DNA of 64,000 nucleotides, taken from Catajapyx aquilonaris (taxonomy: Eukaryota). The position numbers and the translations under genes are program-made. The notes under the pieces were generated by a model that worked only from the letters and a program-made list of their open reading frames with translations, had not been told where the DNA came from and ran no database searches. Location of the stretch: positions 1 through 64,000 of the forward strand of contig KZ538186.1 in assembly GCA_000934665.2 (NCBI GenBank), read 5' to 3'. Shown here piece by piece: positions 13,943-26,900 of the stretch (the stretch's first letter is position 1; every line of letters starts with the position of its first letter).

Positions 13943-14897
13943 TATAAAACAAACTCGGATCCCATTGAAATACGTTTGCCAAGTTAAGAAATATATACGC
14001 GAAGGAACCCATCTTCCACTCACTACAAGCCAGAAATTCTGATTCTGAAAGCCTGACGCTGCACTGGTGGGAAAGAGATGCTTTTATACGCCCGAAATAA
14101 GATTTATACTGTACTGCTGTCTTGTGTAGCAGGTCAATGTCCTCGGCAGGAAAAGGCTTCTGTTTCGCAGCTCTTATCCCACTACAACCACTGTCTTTTT
14201 AATGATTCAGTTTCAACACCGTCATATAATCAATCTGGCGTTAACCAGGTTGCTAATTACACAGCTAATTCAAACGTCGCTCGTAAATCCTCAGGCCCTT
14301 AGAAATGCTCACTGCAGCTCCCCAAGTCGGATCTCAAACCATATAATCTTGTAAATAATTCTCCGGAAGGAAGCCAGTCTCTACGACAGTTTCTATAGGG
14401 CTATAGTGGCGCACTTTTTTTTTTTCTTCTTCTTCTTCTTCACGTTAACGAAAAGGCTCCCTGCCGTTCAGAGACGCGTGCTTTTGAAGGAATCTCGAAA
14501 TAAGCCAAACGCTGGAATTTGAGTGGATTTCTCGGTCGGGAGCCTCCGGCTATCTCTGCTCTTTCATACGATATATATTTTTAAAAAGAATGGCAGAAAT
14601 AAAAGCTCTCTCTCTGTAAATAAGTCAACGACCTGCTCTCCCTTTCGATTATACGCTCTTTTAGACGTTAACTGGTTAGAGCCGATCGGGTTACCAATTT
14701 TTGTCTGATGATATTGGCAATCAATATTATGTCTCAGCTTTTTATCAGGTGCAAGCTGATATCATCTTGTCGGGAGATTTGTCACATCTGGAATTGGAAT
14801 ATTGTATTAGCTGATTGATGTCTGAATAACGGTAATATGAGAATCGGGAAATAACTCGATACTGTTTGTCTTTTCTAGGAGCATCAATTAGAGCAAG

Positions 14898-14990
14898 ATG
14901 CCCGCAGCTCCAGAAGCATCCGCCGAGAATGGCGCTCCAAGGACCGAGTTGCAGGAGTTGCAACTCAAAGCCAACCAGGCAACTGACGAG
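14898..14990 (+). CDS. SNAP25: SNAP-25 first coding exon (exon starts 14879, ATG 14898)
   Basis: ttttctag acceptor before 14879; [31 protein letters not shown]; donor GAG|gtgagt. Confidence 0.93.
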
Positions 14991-17900
14991 GTGAGTTACA
15001 AACTTTTTGAATAATTGCTGCTTGAGACTGGAGTGGCAATCTTGCTAGGAAAGAAATCCGAATAAGCGGCTTGTTTGTCCACTAGACCTAGAGAATATTT
15101 TGATTCTGGCCAGAAAAGCTGGTCAAGGTGATGTAGCGTTCCAAATGCTCCTTATTTTGGATTGGCTGCCTGCAGCGCAAGCTAGATTGCCAGTCTAAAG
15201 GTGCTTATGAAACCTGGAGACTCCAGAGTGATTGCGAGAAATGGGGGCGAATAGGAGGCCTTATGAGGCTTAGAGCGGATGTCATGAGAGATTGTATCAA
15301 CTGAATTTCTCTGTAGAGAGCCAATTTGGCCGTCAAGCCGGTGCTACTTACTAATTAAAAGGGGAAGATAAATTGAGGGAGTGGTCAGGGTTATATATTG
15401 ACCTGGATGGTCCTGAGAGGATGTAATTTATAATTAAGGTGACTGCAGCCTGGGCTAGAGGAGGATTCATTTTTTAACGGACACACCGGTGTCGGCCAAG
15501 AAATACATCGTTTTACGGAGTATGGAGCGACTCGGCGGACTTTTAGATCATAGTCTGATGGCGAGTCAGGTCTGTCCACTCTGGACTGGGATTGTGAATA
15601 TATTATTCACTTTTTTCACTTAGAAGGGAAGGACTGAGATAGGATCGGCACTAGCTGGTTACCTTGGTCAAATCAGCGGAAGTTTGCATTATTAATTACG
15701 ATTATTGATGTTGGGGCAGGGTCGCACTGTAAGTAGGTCTTCTGACATGTAAACTGGTGCGTACAGACGCTTGTAACCTACCCATATTCGCATTTACGAA
15801 AGTTAACAATATTATTTGCACTGTGTAGTACCGAGGGAAATCTGTACTCGAGAGAGGCAAGTTCTCTGTTACATCGAATTTGTGTTTGTGAAACTTGCAT
15901 CATTAAATCGTTGCAAAATTGTGCTCTCCTGTCACTTTGGCGTAATGCAAAATAAATTGAGTGCATTACGGGTTGGAATGCAGAATTCGAATCATAATCT
16001 GGTCTGTTGTTCCTTCGAAAGCTCACCGAATGCTGCTTAATTTACGCAAACAACTGTATTGCTGCTCGCCTATATTGCTATTCAACATATTGGTGAATAC
16101 AGTTACCATAATGCTGCCATTGAATATGTCAATATTAGGTTGCTTGATTGCGGCACAAATAACTCGCATCGTGTTATGCCCTGATGTGTGTTTTATTCTC
16201 GGTGTGATGCTTGTGAAAAACCGAAGAGGCCACTTGACACCCAGTTCGTTATTGAAATTGCATCGTGTAGTACACTCTCTCGAGTAATGAAAATTTGATG
16301 CCAGTTTATGGCACTGTAGGGGGACTAAATTGGAAAATCTGATACTGGAAACTCATGTGACAAGCAGGTGAATGCGTGAAGGCAGCCATTTTGGCACTCG
16401 AAGTAATTTTGAAATATTTATGCAACACGTTTAATCGGAATTGTCATTATAGTTAAAGGCAGTCTTGAAATTAAGATTCAAACACCTGCTGGTTAGAACA
16501 TGATTATTGGCCAATGCGTAGCGCTTTTGGATATCCTGATTTGTGACATCATTTGTGCCGATCATAAATTTCAAGTAAGAAATCAGCTGTATTGGACACA
16601 CGGTATATTTCACGTCGCACATGCAGTTCAATATTTCATTTACCTCTCGAGTGCATAAATATTCACTTAGATCATCAACCTGTCAGTGTGAATGATTTTA
16701 CGCATTAAATTTAAAGAGAATGAGACTTGATTCACCTAGCCGAAAAGCACTCTTATAAACTAATGCAATATGAAGTGAATATGTTTGTATTCATTTCATA
16801 AACAGGGCTAGACATGTAGCAACATGTCGATTTGATAGGCTTGGCTTGGAAAAAGGCTAAAAGAGGTACTCCGGAAGCGGAAGACGGAGAGCTTCGAGCG
16901 GAGTTTTCAATTAGGCTGTCGGCCGTGGGTAAATTCATGAGACCAATGTAAACGTCTACTTTACGTGTGCGCTTTAGTGGAAGTTTCGCTATAACGTGTT
17001 AGGTAATGGTTTCGGTGTCCTGAATGATATATATAAAAAATGCTGATGGAATCAGCTGGGCACGCTATACAGTTGTACCTTACATAACTTAGAGGAAAAT
17101 CCATGTCCGTGATGGTGAAGTGAATGTCCGAGTCGCACGCCCAAAATTCGGCTCGAAATGCTATCGATTTCGATATACCCAAACGTGCGGCAGATAATCG
17201 TCCCTCGGGGCTCGGTACACCACAAATAGTATACGTTCCATTCATGTCGAAATACCCGTTCGATTCACCCAGGAAATTAGCGATGGTATTATTATCATTA
17301 CTACTACGACTACTTACTACTACTACGGCATTTTGTTGCGAGTTGATTGGGTACGGGTGGTAGAAGAGTGAGAGTGCGCCTTCCTTCGGAGAGGAAGTAA
17401 AGCCGTCGCGTCGGTCCCGTGCTTGTGACATTGCGGGAGTGCACGTTAAAGATCCCCGGAGTGGCCAAATTTACAGGAGGACCACCCCCTGGCGCATGGC
17501 GTCAGTATTGAGCCTTGAGGCGGAATATTAGGCCACTGATAAAGTTGATTGGTTAAGCGTGCCCCTGCCTGTTATGCGATGCGTTGCACAAGAGAGCCGT
17601 TTGGTTTGCGGACTAGTCAGGATGAAGGTCCAGGTTTCCGTTGGCGGTGTAGAGGGAAGCGATCGCTGAAATTGAAACCTGACATGGCCATTCAGTGTTT
17701 GGCACGGCGGGCGTTTTTTGGGAGGGTGCCAATGTTGAGCAGGCGTTGGAGGAAATAGGAGAGCCTTGTATGGGCGTGGGAGTCGGAGAAGAAAGGACGT
17801 TCACTCTTTTGGCTGAATGCGCACTTGGCAATCGGCCATTCATTCCTTGGCGAAGGGGGCCTTCGTCGGTCGAAAGCCCCTCTTCCGGTCATCTGCTGGG

Positions 17901-20900
17901 AGTTGAGTTGAATGAATGGGACTTGGGCAATCTGCTTTTTTTGTGTGTTTCGGACGGCCATTTGTTACATGTCAGGTTGGATAATGGGATACGGTATTTT
18001 TCAGCGTGGTGCTGTTGTGTGCCGAGTGTGGTCGTACAGTGCGGCTTGTGGTGAAGAATTCTTGGCAGAAAATTAATTTGTGTAGACGGGGGCATTTTTG
18101 CGGTAGAGGAAGGCTAATTACAAGTTTGGTTTATGAAGTAAAGAGCGATAGGGCGTTAGGATAGTTTGGGAGTAGAACTGGGCAGGGAATAATAAATTTT
18201 AATAACGGCTAGGCATGGCCGTCGTATGTGTGTCAACATAATGTTGTAGGCGTAATAAACAGGTTTCGGCCAGACTCGGAAATGCTGCATTTGTATCCGG
18301 AGTGGCCTACTTTTGTTTTCATATCAACAACCGACTTGTAGTATTGGCAGCGTCACATTACCGTCATGTATAATGCGAATTTTGCCCCAGCGTTCTTACT
18401 GTAATTAAATTGTCGTCTTACATGAAAATGTTCTTATAAGAAATAATTCTGGCCAGTTTGCACCTGTGATTATCGCAATAGAAACTAGAGCCCAATTTGA
18501 AAGAATTGTAGGAAATTGCGTCATTGTTCTATTCTGTATAAGCTGTATATTCGATATAAATGTTTTCATGTCTGTAATTATGCCTGTAATTAGTATTTGT
18601 AGGAGAATCGCACCCGTTACAAGAATTTCACAGTATTTAAAACTCGCATACAATAGTTTCAAAAGCCACGCCCAGATAACGTAATTGTCATTATGAGACA
18701 CGTGCGTGTCTTCTTTCTCTTTTCATTACTGCCCTAGTCTGGTCACCCTGGGAAACTTACCCACTGGGTTATCCCAAGGTAGCGTATACAGTATACAGGG
18801 TGTAAATCCTAAGCGTGTCACCAGAAACGATGGTGGTAGAGGGCGCAGGTGTGAGCATTTTTGCATAAGGAACTAGGGGTCGGAAACGTATCCTCACCGA
18901 GTTACGCCCCTTTCAAGTTTGCGGCAGGCAGTGTGCAAGAGGCGTGCGGCACGCGGCGGAGCGACTCGGTGAGGGTGCGTTTCCGACCCCTCGTTCCTTA
19001 TGCAAAAATGCTCACACCTGCGCCCTCTACCACCACCTTTTCTGGTGACACGCTCAGGATTTACAGCCTGTATAATGTTAGAAGTAAACCATAAGTTGCC
19101 CGGTATGCTACGCACTACGCAGGGTGGCCTGACTAAGGGTCTCGTTGCATCGTTTGCCTGTGGTCATTTTAATTTTTTTAATTGTTTAAAACGTCATTAC
19201 TCATTACGGCTACCTTCACATTACATGTTGCGCCTAATTTCCCACTGGATCTTTTGCACCGTCTCAGTGTTCCCCGGTCAAAAAATGTTGACCACCGTGG
19301 TTGCACACGAGTGACAGGAGCGGGAGATTGAGAGGAATACTGCCCTACCCGAACGTAGTAATTTGACAAGAGACATATTGGTATATAATGATTGATAGCA
19401 TATCCAAATAGCTAAACCAGCAGGTACTTTCGTCTCAGAAAGCATACCTATAGCCCCTCATTGTTGCGATAGGACCATCAATAGGCAGGGTACACACGCG
19501 CCACAAAATTGGTGGCCGTGACTGCGCCCCCCTCCCCCACTCGAAGCCCAAATTGAGCAGTTAGATTCGACCTTGACCTTCCTGATGACACATGGCCCCG
19601 AAGCTCCTCATTTTCTGGGATAGCCCAAGGGGACAACCCACCCCAGCCATCTGGCGGCATCCTACCAAACACGTCGGGTAGCTGGAGCTTTGATCAGATG
19701 GCCAGGAGATGGCAGGAGCGCCGCCTGGAAACTCTTCCAGCGCACGGGGGATGCTAATTGATTAGGCCGACGTCCGGAGTCCCCCGGATCGATTGGCANN
19801 GGGGGGGGGGGGGGGGGGGGGGGGTCTCCGGAATTTCTTAGGGAGGGATGCTGCGTGTCATGATAGTCTCACGAGACCAGATTATCCGCCTTCAGCATTG
19901 AGTTAGTTAAGAAGGCTTGAGCATTGAAGCTGGAAGAGCAGAGAGACAGAGATGAGAGAGAAAAAAATGTCATCCAATTTGCTCCCACTATTCTGGATGC
20001 GAGAGACTCTGATTTGCTTAGGACGTCGTCAAAGCCAACGCAACTTCCGCCGGAGTGGAGCTGCGATTGGATTATGGGGGCCCGTGTTGCCGTCAAGTGC
20101 CAAAGAAGGTTGTGTGTACAGAGCCGGGATTGGGCCTCTGGTTCAGCTCTGGAGTAAATAAAAGGGGGCGATGAAACAGTGTGAATTGCCCCCGACACAA
20201 CGCAGAAAGATGACAAACGGGGGTCTGCCCTCAGCGGAAACATGTTCAGACCACAAAAGCCAACTGTTAGTAAACCATCCGTATAATAAGTGTAGTATTG
20301 TACCGGAACGTGGGGTACATACACACACACACAAAAATTTGTTGGCCGGAAGGGTTCAGAGGAAAGGTCAAAGAAGCAACAGTTGGGAGGTTCGTGCAGT
20401 GGCGGAACTGAGGGAGAGGTGGTGTAGTGGCTGGGAGGTGTTGGACCCCAAAAAAATGCTCAAGACGCAGGCGCCGATAAATCTAAGGTGAGACAGGTAG
20501 GGGGGGGGGGGGGGGGGGNTTTTAGATTGAAGTCAGGTGAGGACAGTCGTGTGGGTGTCGGGAGGTGTGGCTGCCGTTGGCTGGGGAGGCTGGGGGTAGA
20601 CTTTCATTGACTGAAAAGCGGGCGACGGGGATAGACCGTGGGGGGGAGTGTTTTTTTTCCCCCTCAAAGAGAAGCGGTGGGGGCTTATATAAATGGTTGG
20701 CGAGTGTTCAACCGGTGGTAGTGCGTTAGTGGGTGCAAACAAGTCAATTTGCATTCTGAATTTGATTATTTCAGGTGCTGTGAGAAACGGTGCGGGTATG
20801 GCTTGCGTCAATTTTTTAAACGTGGGTTTTTAATAGGGTGCTGCATGCGATGTCACGTGCAGGGCAGGCTGAGAGTGACTGAACTGGAGGGAATAAAAGT

Positions 20901-23900
20901 GGGGGGGGAGTGAAAATAACTGGGAGGCGGGTGACATTTGAGCAGGTAGAAGGTTACGAATTCATTGACAAACGTTTGGGGGAGGGGAGGGGGGTGGCAA
21001 TTAATTCAGTATGAGTCATTTGTCACTCTGGTGTCGGGTCCCCGTCAAGGGGGTCTTCTCCCCATTGCACGTGAATGGCAAACGGTGGGGGCTGGCTTAA
21101 TTATTCATTTCGGGGGGATAACTTTGTGGACATAATGATGGGTCCACCTGCGTGTTGTCATGCGGTGGAAATGCGCTGGTCCGGCAATAATTGGCGAGTG
21201 ACCCGGTGCAGGAGGATGGGTATAGTTTGCGCGCAGTATCGTCTGAAGCCTTTGCCGACGATTACTTTCTTAAGACGAATTGCAGGAAAGTCTTGAATAG
21301 TGCATATGTGATCGATTTTTCTGATCAATTTTGTATGCGAAAGGCGGCCTGTGGAGGATCCCGAAAGCGTTTCTGTTACGATGCCGATGTGTAAAGTTTG
21401 AAGGAGGCGGCTGTGCACCTGTGTCAATTTTGCGTGGGGGTGACTTTGGTTCAAGATTTATCCCCCGACATACCATGCGTGTGCCGAGGAGCACCCCGTT
21501 GTCGTGAAGTGCGATTTTTTTTAAAGAGTGCAGATATGGAGGTGGAGAAATTGAGCTCTCAGACCACTGTGGAACATGTGCCAACAGTGGATGGAGTTGC
21601 TGTTCAGGTGAGTGGACTCTTGCCGATGACTGAGCAAACACCGGGACCTAATCCCCTCGTGGGAATTGCATGCGAATCCTTTTTGGTCTTTGCGGTACAC
21701 AGCTTTGGGGGGGGGAGGGGGGGGGGAAGGACCGATCAATTTCGCGTTTTTTTTTCCTGTTTTTGATTTGTTTTTTTCACCCCCTTTTTGCCTCCTGCGA
21801 AGTTGGTTGGGGAGTTCGAAGAGGGTTCATTTTCCAACAAAAGAGGGAGACTATTTTTAGCCGGCGTGGAAGAGAGATGGAACAAGGATTCCTAACGACG
21901 TATATGTAATGCCGCGGTTCTGCTTCCGGTAATTAGCTCGTTTGATTGGCGCGACTTTTGGGAGGTCGTTAGCACGTGACATTTTGTGACATATTTTTTG
22001 CGTGGTTGTTTTTTAGGTTTTTATTTTGTTTTTCTGCTGAAGAAGAGGGGGGAAAAGCCAGCCCAGTCGCCAGGCTGGTAGATCCCCCCCGGGTGCACAT
22101 AACCCGATTAATTAAGCGGCAGTGTTAAATAAACTGATTAGTCTGCACGCATCGCTGCATTTCAACAAACGTATCGATTTGCGGGAATTCTGAAAGCGGC
22201 AGAGAGGGGGTGGAGAAAAATACATCCCCCCCCCCCTTCCCCTCCCATAACCACTGCGTAGGTTGTGTCAAAATCAGGAAGTAACCCCCGACCTTTTTGT
22301 CTAGCCGCAACTAGGCATCGATATGACACGCATGGGCTATATTTGAAAGTGCGTCGAGAGGGGATTGGTGCGTGGGAGTGTGATTCTGTGGGCTGCCATG
22401 GCGACCATGCCCGGCTGCATCCTCTTGTTGTTGAGTAGTGACGTCAGGCGTTTTTTTGTGTGTGCGCTCCGGATGGTTGGTCCGGAGCACCCTCTGACAG
22501 CCATGGGCACAATGGTATGGCCGCCCGGGGCACAATGGTACATTATGGAGACGCCTGCACGTCTTCCACACCGGGTCGGTGCTAATGAGATGCCGGATGC
22601 ATCTGGCTTGAAAATGTCACCGGGTCGGGTCCACTTCATGCGCTTCCCTGACCGGTATATACTACTACAAACTACATGACGGTGGTTCATTGATAAAGCG
22701 AGGGTTTCAATCGGAATTCGATATGCTGATTGGATGATAGGGAGGCTGTCACTAATGGGATGTTCCTTTTTTCTCATTTTGCAGTCGCTGGAAAGCACAC
22801 GTCGTATGCTGACATTATGTGAGGAGGTAAGTTTCGTTTTATAGCACTTGTTGCAGAAATATTTAATCAAGATCCTGAGGGAAAGTAAAGAGAGTCGTCA
22901 AAGGGAAACTATAGGGTTTTTGGGCGCACCCGCAGTCCGTCGTGCGCCATTCATTATTTACAGTGTGTGCTCATTCATTAAATGGTTATTCCATGTTATG
23001 AAACTCGAGATTTTCGTGTACGAATAAATCTGTGATCCCTGTTTCTTTTTGCTACAAAAAAAGAGTAAGGAAGCTGGCATCAGGACCCTTGTGGCCCTTG
23101 ATGACCAGGGAGGTGAGTCGAATTATTTTTATTTATTTTTTGCTGTAATGTGACACAATATATGTATTACCTGTACCTCGAGTCCCATTTCACCATTTAT
23201 AATTTACTGACTTGTACATAGGCTTCTGCTTGTTCACTTGAGTTTACATTACTCAGCACATACTGCATGGAGTTGATATTGTTTTAACGTTGGATTTTGT
23301 TTGCATGATTATTCTTTTATTTTAGGGCCAGGATGCTGGTGCGCAGACTTTACAGATGCTAGAAAAGCAAGGCGGTAAGGAAATTATTTTTCAAGCTAGC
23401 AATCTGTACATTAACATAGGTTAATTTGTATTTGCTGAAGTCAAGTAGGGCCTACTAACTTATTCTTAGAGCATTGATCACTTTCAGAACAATCAAGATG
23501 ATCCGAATTTATCAAGTTAGGGCCAGCTGTGGTAATTGATGCGGGACAGAATATTAATTAATTTATGGGAGGAGAAGGGAGAAGTCGTGATTCCATTAGT
23601 GTATGGTTAACACATTCTAAGTTCAGGCTAGGCTTTTTGGGAACGTGGAGATTGATTTGAGAAGAATGTTAACGTACCCTGTTTATATAAGGATATATTT
23701 CTGAAACTTGAACAATTTCCCGGATTGTAATGAAGTAGTCGTGCATACGTAACCTCTCCCTTGGTGAACATATTTCATTAATTTTTTTATTACTTGTGTT
23801 CACTGTGGAGCTAGTTGCATAATATTCCTATGTAGCATCCCAGACATCATCTCGTTGTTTTGAGGTGCTGCTAAAATGTGGCCTTGGCAGTGATTTGTGT

Positions 23901-26900
23901 ACTTCAGGGAAATTTGCAGTGCTATATGTGATGAACACAGCAACTGTGTTGTGTCCTGTATGTGGAGGCCTGCAAGGTCGAGTTATGTTTCTTTAGTGAA
24001 GACCAGCAACATGACCACCTTGAAAATTGAATGCATGATTCAGTTGATATGTAATGTGCTCCACAAAACCACCCGAATATGCTCATAGGAGATTAAAGAT
24101 GATGAAATAGGTTCATTGTGAAGAGGAAGGGTTAGTCTTTTTTATTCTCGTAGATTTTTCACTCTTCAATTGTAGAATAAGCCAGGAATGAGACAATTTG
24201 AAGTAAATGAGACTTTTTTTTTGTACGTCTGCCACGACAGCATTGTTGGCCATTATTACTGATCTTACTGATAGTGCCTTATAGTATTTTAGTGTTGGCT
24301 AGGGTGATTGCGACACACCAAACAAAGACAGAGGAGTGTGTCGCAACTTCCTTGAAGCCATTATTTGGTTAGTTTAATTGCCTTCTGTAAACTCTGTTAT
24401 ACTGCAGTACTTGCTTTACATGTTAAGTCTCTGTAGTGAATGCTCTTCTTTTTTCTTATCCGTTAATTTTTATTTTTATTATTCATTTTATCATATATGC
24501 CTTTGTGTTCTCCTCTTTGCTACCTGTCCCTCTTTCAGCAAATGTTGTTGTTGATGTTGTTATTGATGTTGTTACTGATCCAGATGTCATTGTTATTGTT
24601 GTTTAAAACGCTCACCAGCCATCACCATGTCAAATACATCCACAAATATTACTGCATAACTCACAGCTCTACAAGGTGTGCCTGAACAATAAACTGGTAT
24701 TGTGGAGCAGGTGGCAGCCATGTTGGATTTTACTACTCTCTATTCAGTTTAAGAAGTCTATTGGAGGTGGATACTAGCCTGTCTGGGGATCTCCAATGTC
24801 CGTGATTATGCTAAATGTGAACATTTGTTTAATTATTTAAAAACTTGCAATCCCTAATGTTACTTTCGTGGGCGTGACTCAAACCACCACCTCTGGATTT
24901 CTTAAGTTGAATCCCCCTATTTGTTTATAAACAGTTACACGCAGCTTCTGAAAGGCAGAATTTGAAAGTAAGCCACTTTTTAAGAAATACTTCCTGAGAG
25001 GGGGGGGGAGTTTTGTAGTGTCCTGCATAATGTTAGTAGAAATTTAACAGCATCACTACGCAGGCATCGGTGCTGGTAGGACACCGAGTAGACTGCCTGT
25101 AAAATTCATGAGCTCTGTTTCAAAGAGCATTCATCAGGCACTTTGAAGGTCACTTTGCACCCCCCAGGCAAATTGAATGCACTATTTGTGTCCTTGCCTA
25201 GGGGCAGTTTTTATTGAATGAATTATGTTCAAAAATTCGCTACTTTCATTGCATGTATAAGTTAATTATGAAATTTGCATAATGTATTTTCAAGTTAATG
25301 ATTGTATTCTCTGCAAACACAAAAGTGAAATGGATGAGCTTTAAGCACAATAATATTGTTTTCCTCACTCAAACTGGTATGGTTACTTACTGAACATGTG
25401 GTGTCCCACAGAGCAACTTGATCGAATTGAGGAAGGGATGGATCAGATCAATGCTGACATGAAGGAAGCAGAGAAGAACTTGACTGGCATGGAAAAATGT
25501 TGTGGCTTGTGTGTCCTGCCATGCAACAAGTAAGGTTTCCAAAGTCTCTACACTAATGCTTGTTGTCACTAATGTTGTTTCTGAATTTCTATGCTTCCTT
25601 TGTATTTATAGATCGTCATCATTCAAGGAGGATGCAGGAACGTGGAAAGGCAATGATGATGGCAAAGTGGTCAACAACCAGCCTCAAAGGGTTATGGATG
25701 AGAGAAATGGAATGGGACCGCAAGGTGGCTATGTTGCCAGGTCAGACTACTAATTGTTGTGATGTGTAGGTAGTATGATTCAGCTCATTTTGCTTTGTTC
25801 CAATTGTCTTGTAGGATCACCAATGATGCTCGAGAGGATGACATGGAGGAGAATATGGGACAAGTTAGCACCATGCTCGGAAACCTGCGCAACATGGCAA
25901 TAGATATGGGCTCGGAAATTGAAAACCAGAATGTGCAACTTGACAGGATCAATGCTAAGGTAAGTTTGATATGGAGAGTACACATTGTGTCTTTCAAGTT
26001 TTAACATCCTAAAATATTATTGAATGGATGATAGTTGTGTATATCGTGAGCTAATGAATAAGGGATATTTTCTCTTAAGTGTCCATCTGCATGACTTAAA
26101 TTCACATAATTAATGTAAAAGCATGCAAGTTAATAAGCACTTTCACAGTAATTGACTTAGTCATCTAATGTAGACCTGTAGAATGTACAAATTATATCTT
26201 AGGTCAGGTAACGACTGGTATTTAGTTCTCATTTTGAGAGTATATTTGACGTAACTTATCAAGTGAAGGAGCACACTCACTTTCCATTACTCAGAGCATG
26301 AGAAGGGTTTAAATTCACACAGGCTGTAATAACGGTGTCCTGTTGGTATGCTCAGTGTACTCTCATCCATTATGATGCATGCCCATGCATCATCATGTCC
26401 GAGCCATCACTCCTGGTGATTACCCAGTGAGTCCTGATATTTTTGGGGCATCACGTATCACCCACTAAAATGCCTTATTTCCCAGGAGTAGTAGTGGACA
26501 CAATGGTCTGTGGCAGAACACGAACTTGGCCTTTGTCTTCTGTGCTGTTACTTTGGTTCTTCTCAGGGATTCAGTTTGATTCAGGGACCCAAGCCCACAT
26601 ACATTCAGAGTGATGCATTGAATCCCTCCAATATGCTATGGCCTGTTCTAACAGTTGTAACTTAGGGAATTCAACACAGTGAATGAAGTAGGTCAATCAA
26701 TGTAAACATTGATAATTCCAGTGCTTCCAATTTCTGAAACGTATGAGTACTATATGGGGATGTTTTAATGGTTAACGTAAAGTAGCATTCACTTAAGCTA
26801 GGGCATCATCAATAACATTAGGAAAAATTGGAAAGATATGTGATGTTTTTGCAGCGTACCAGTCGTAGAAACTTCATTGGAGTTGTAGATGCGGTTGAAT

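Noticed and set aside
6883..22780. Many 100-177 aa ORFs in the SNAP-25 5' introns (e.g. 11210, 12053, 16961, 19869, 22337)
   Set aside because: No recognisable motifs or splice-consistent structure; compatible with chance ORFs.
23375..25411. A vertebrate-type duplicated exon 5 (5a/5b)
   Set aside because: I found no second EQL..IEEGM..IN..M-like exon by eye, and the intron after exon 5 is only 82 nt.
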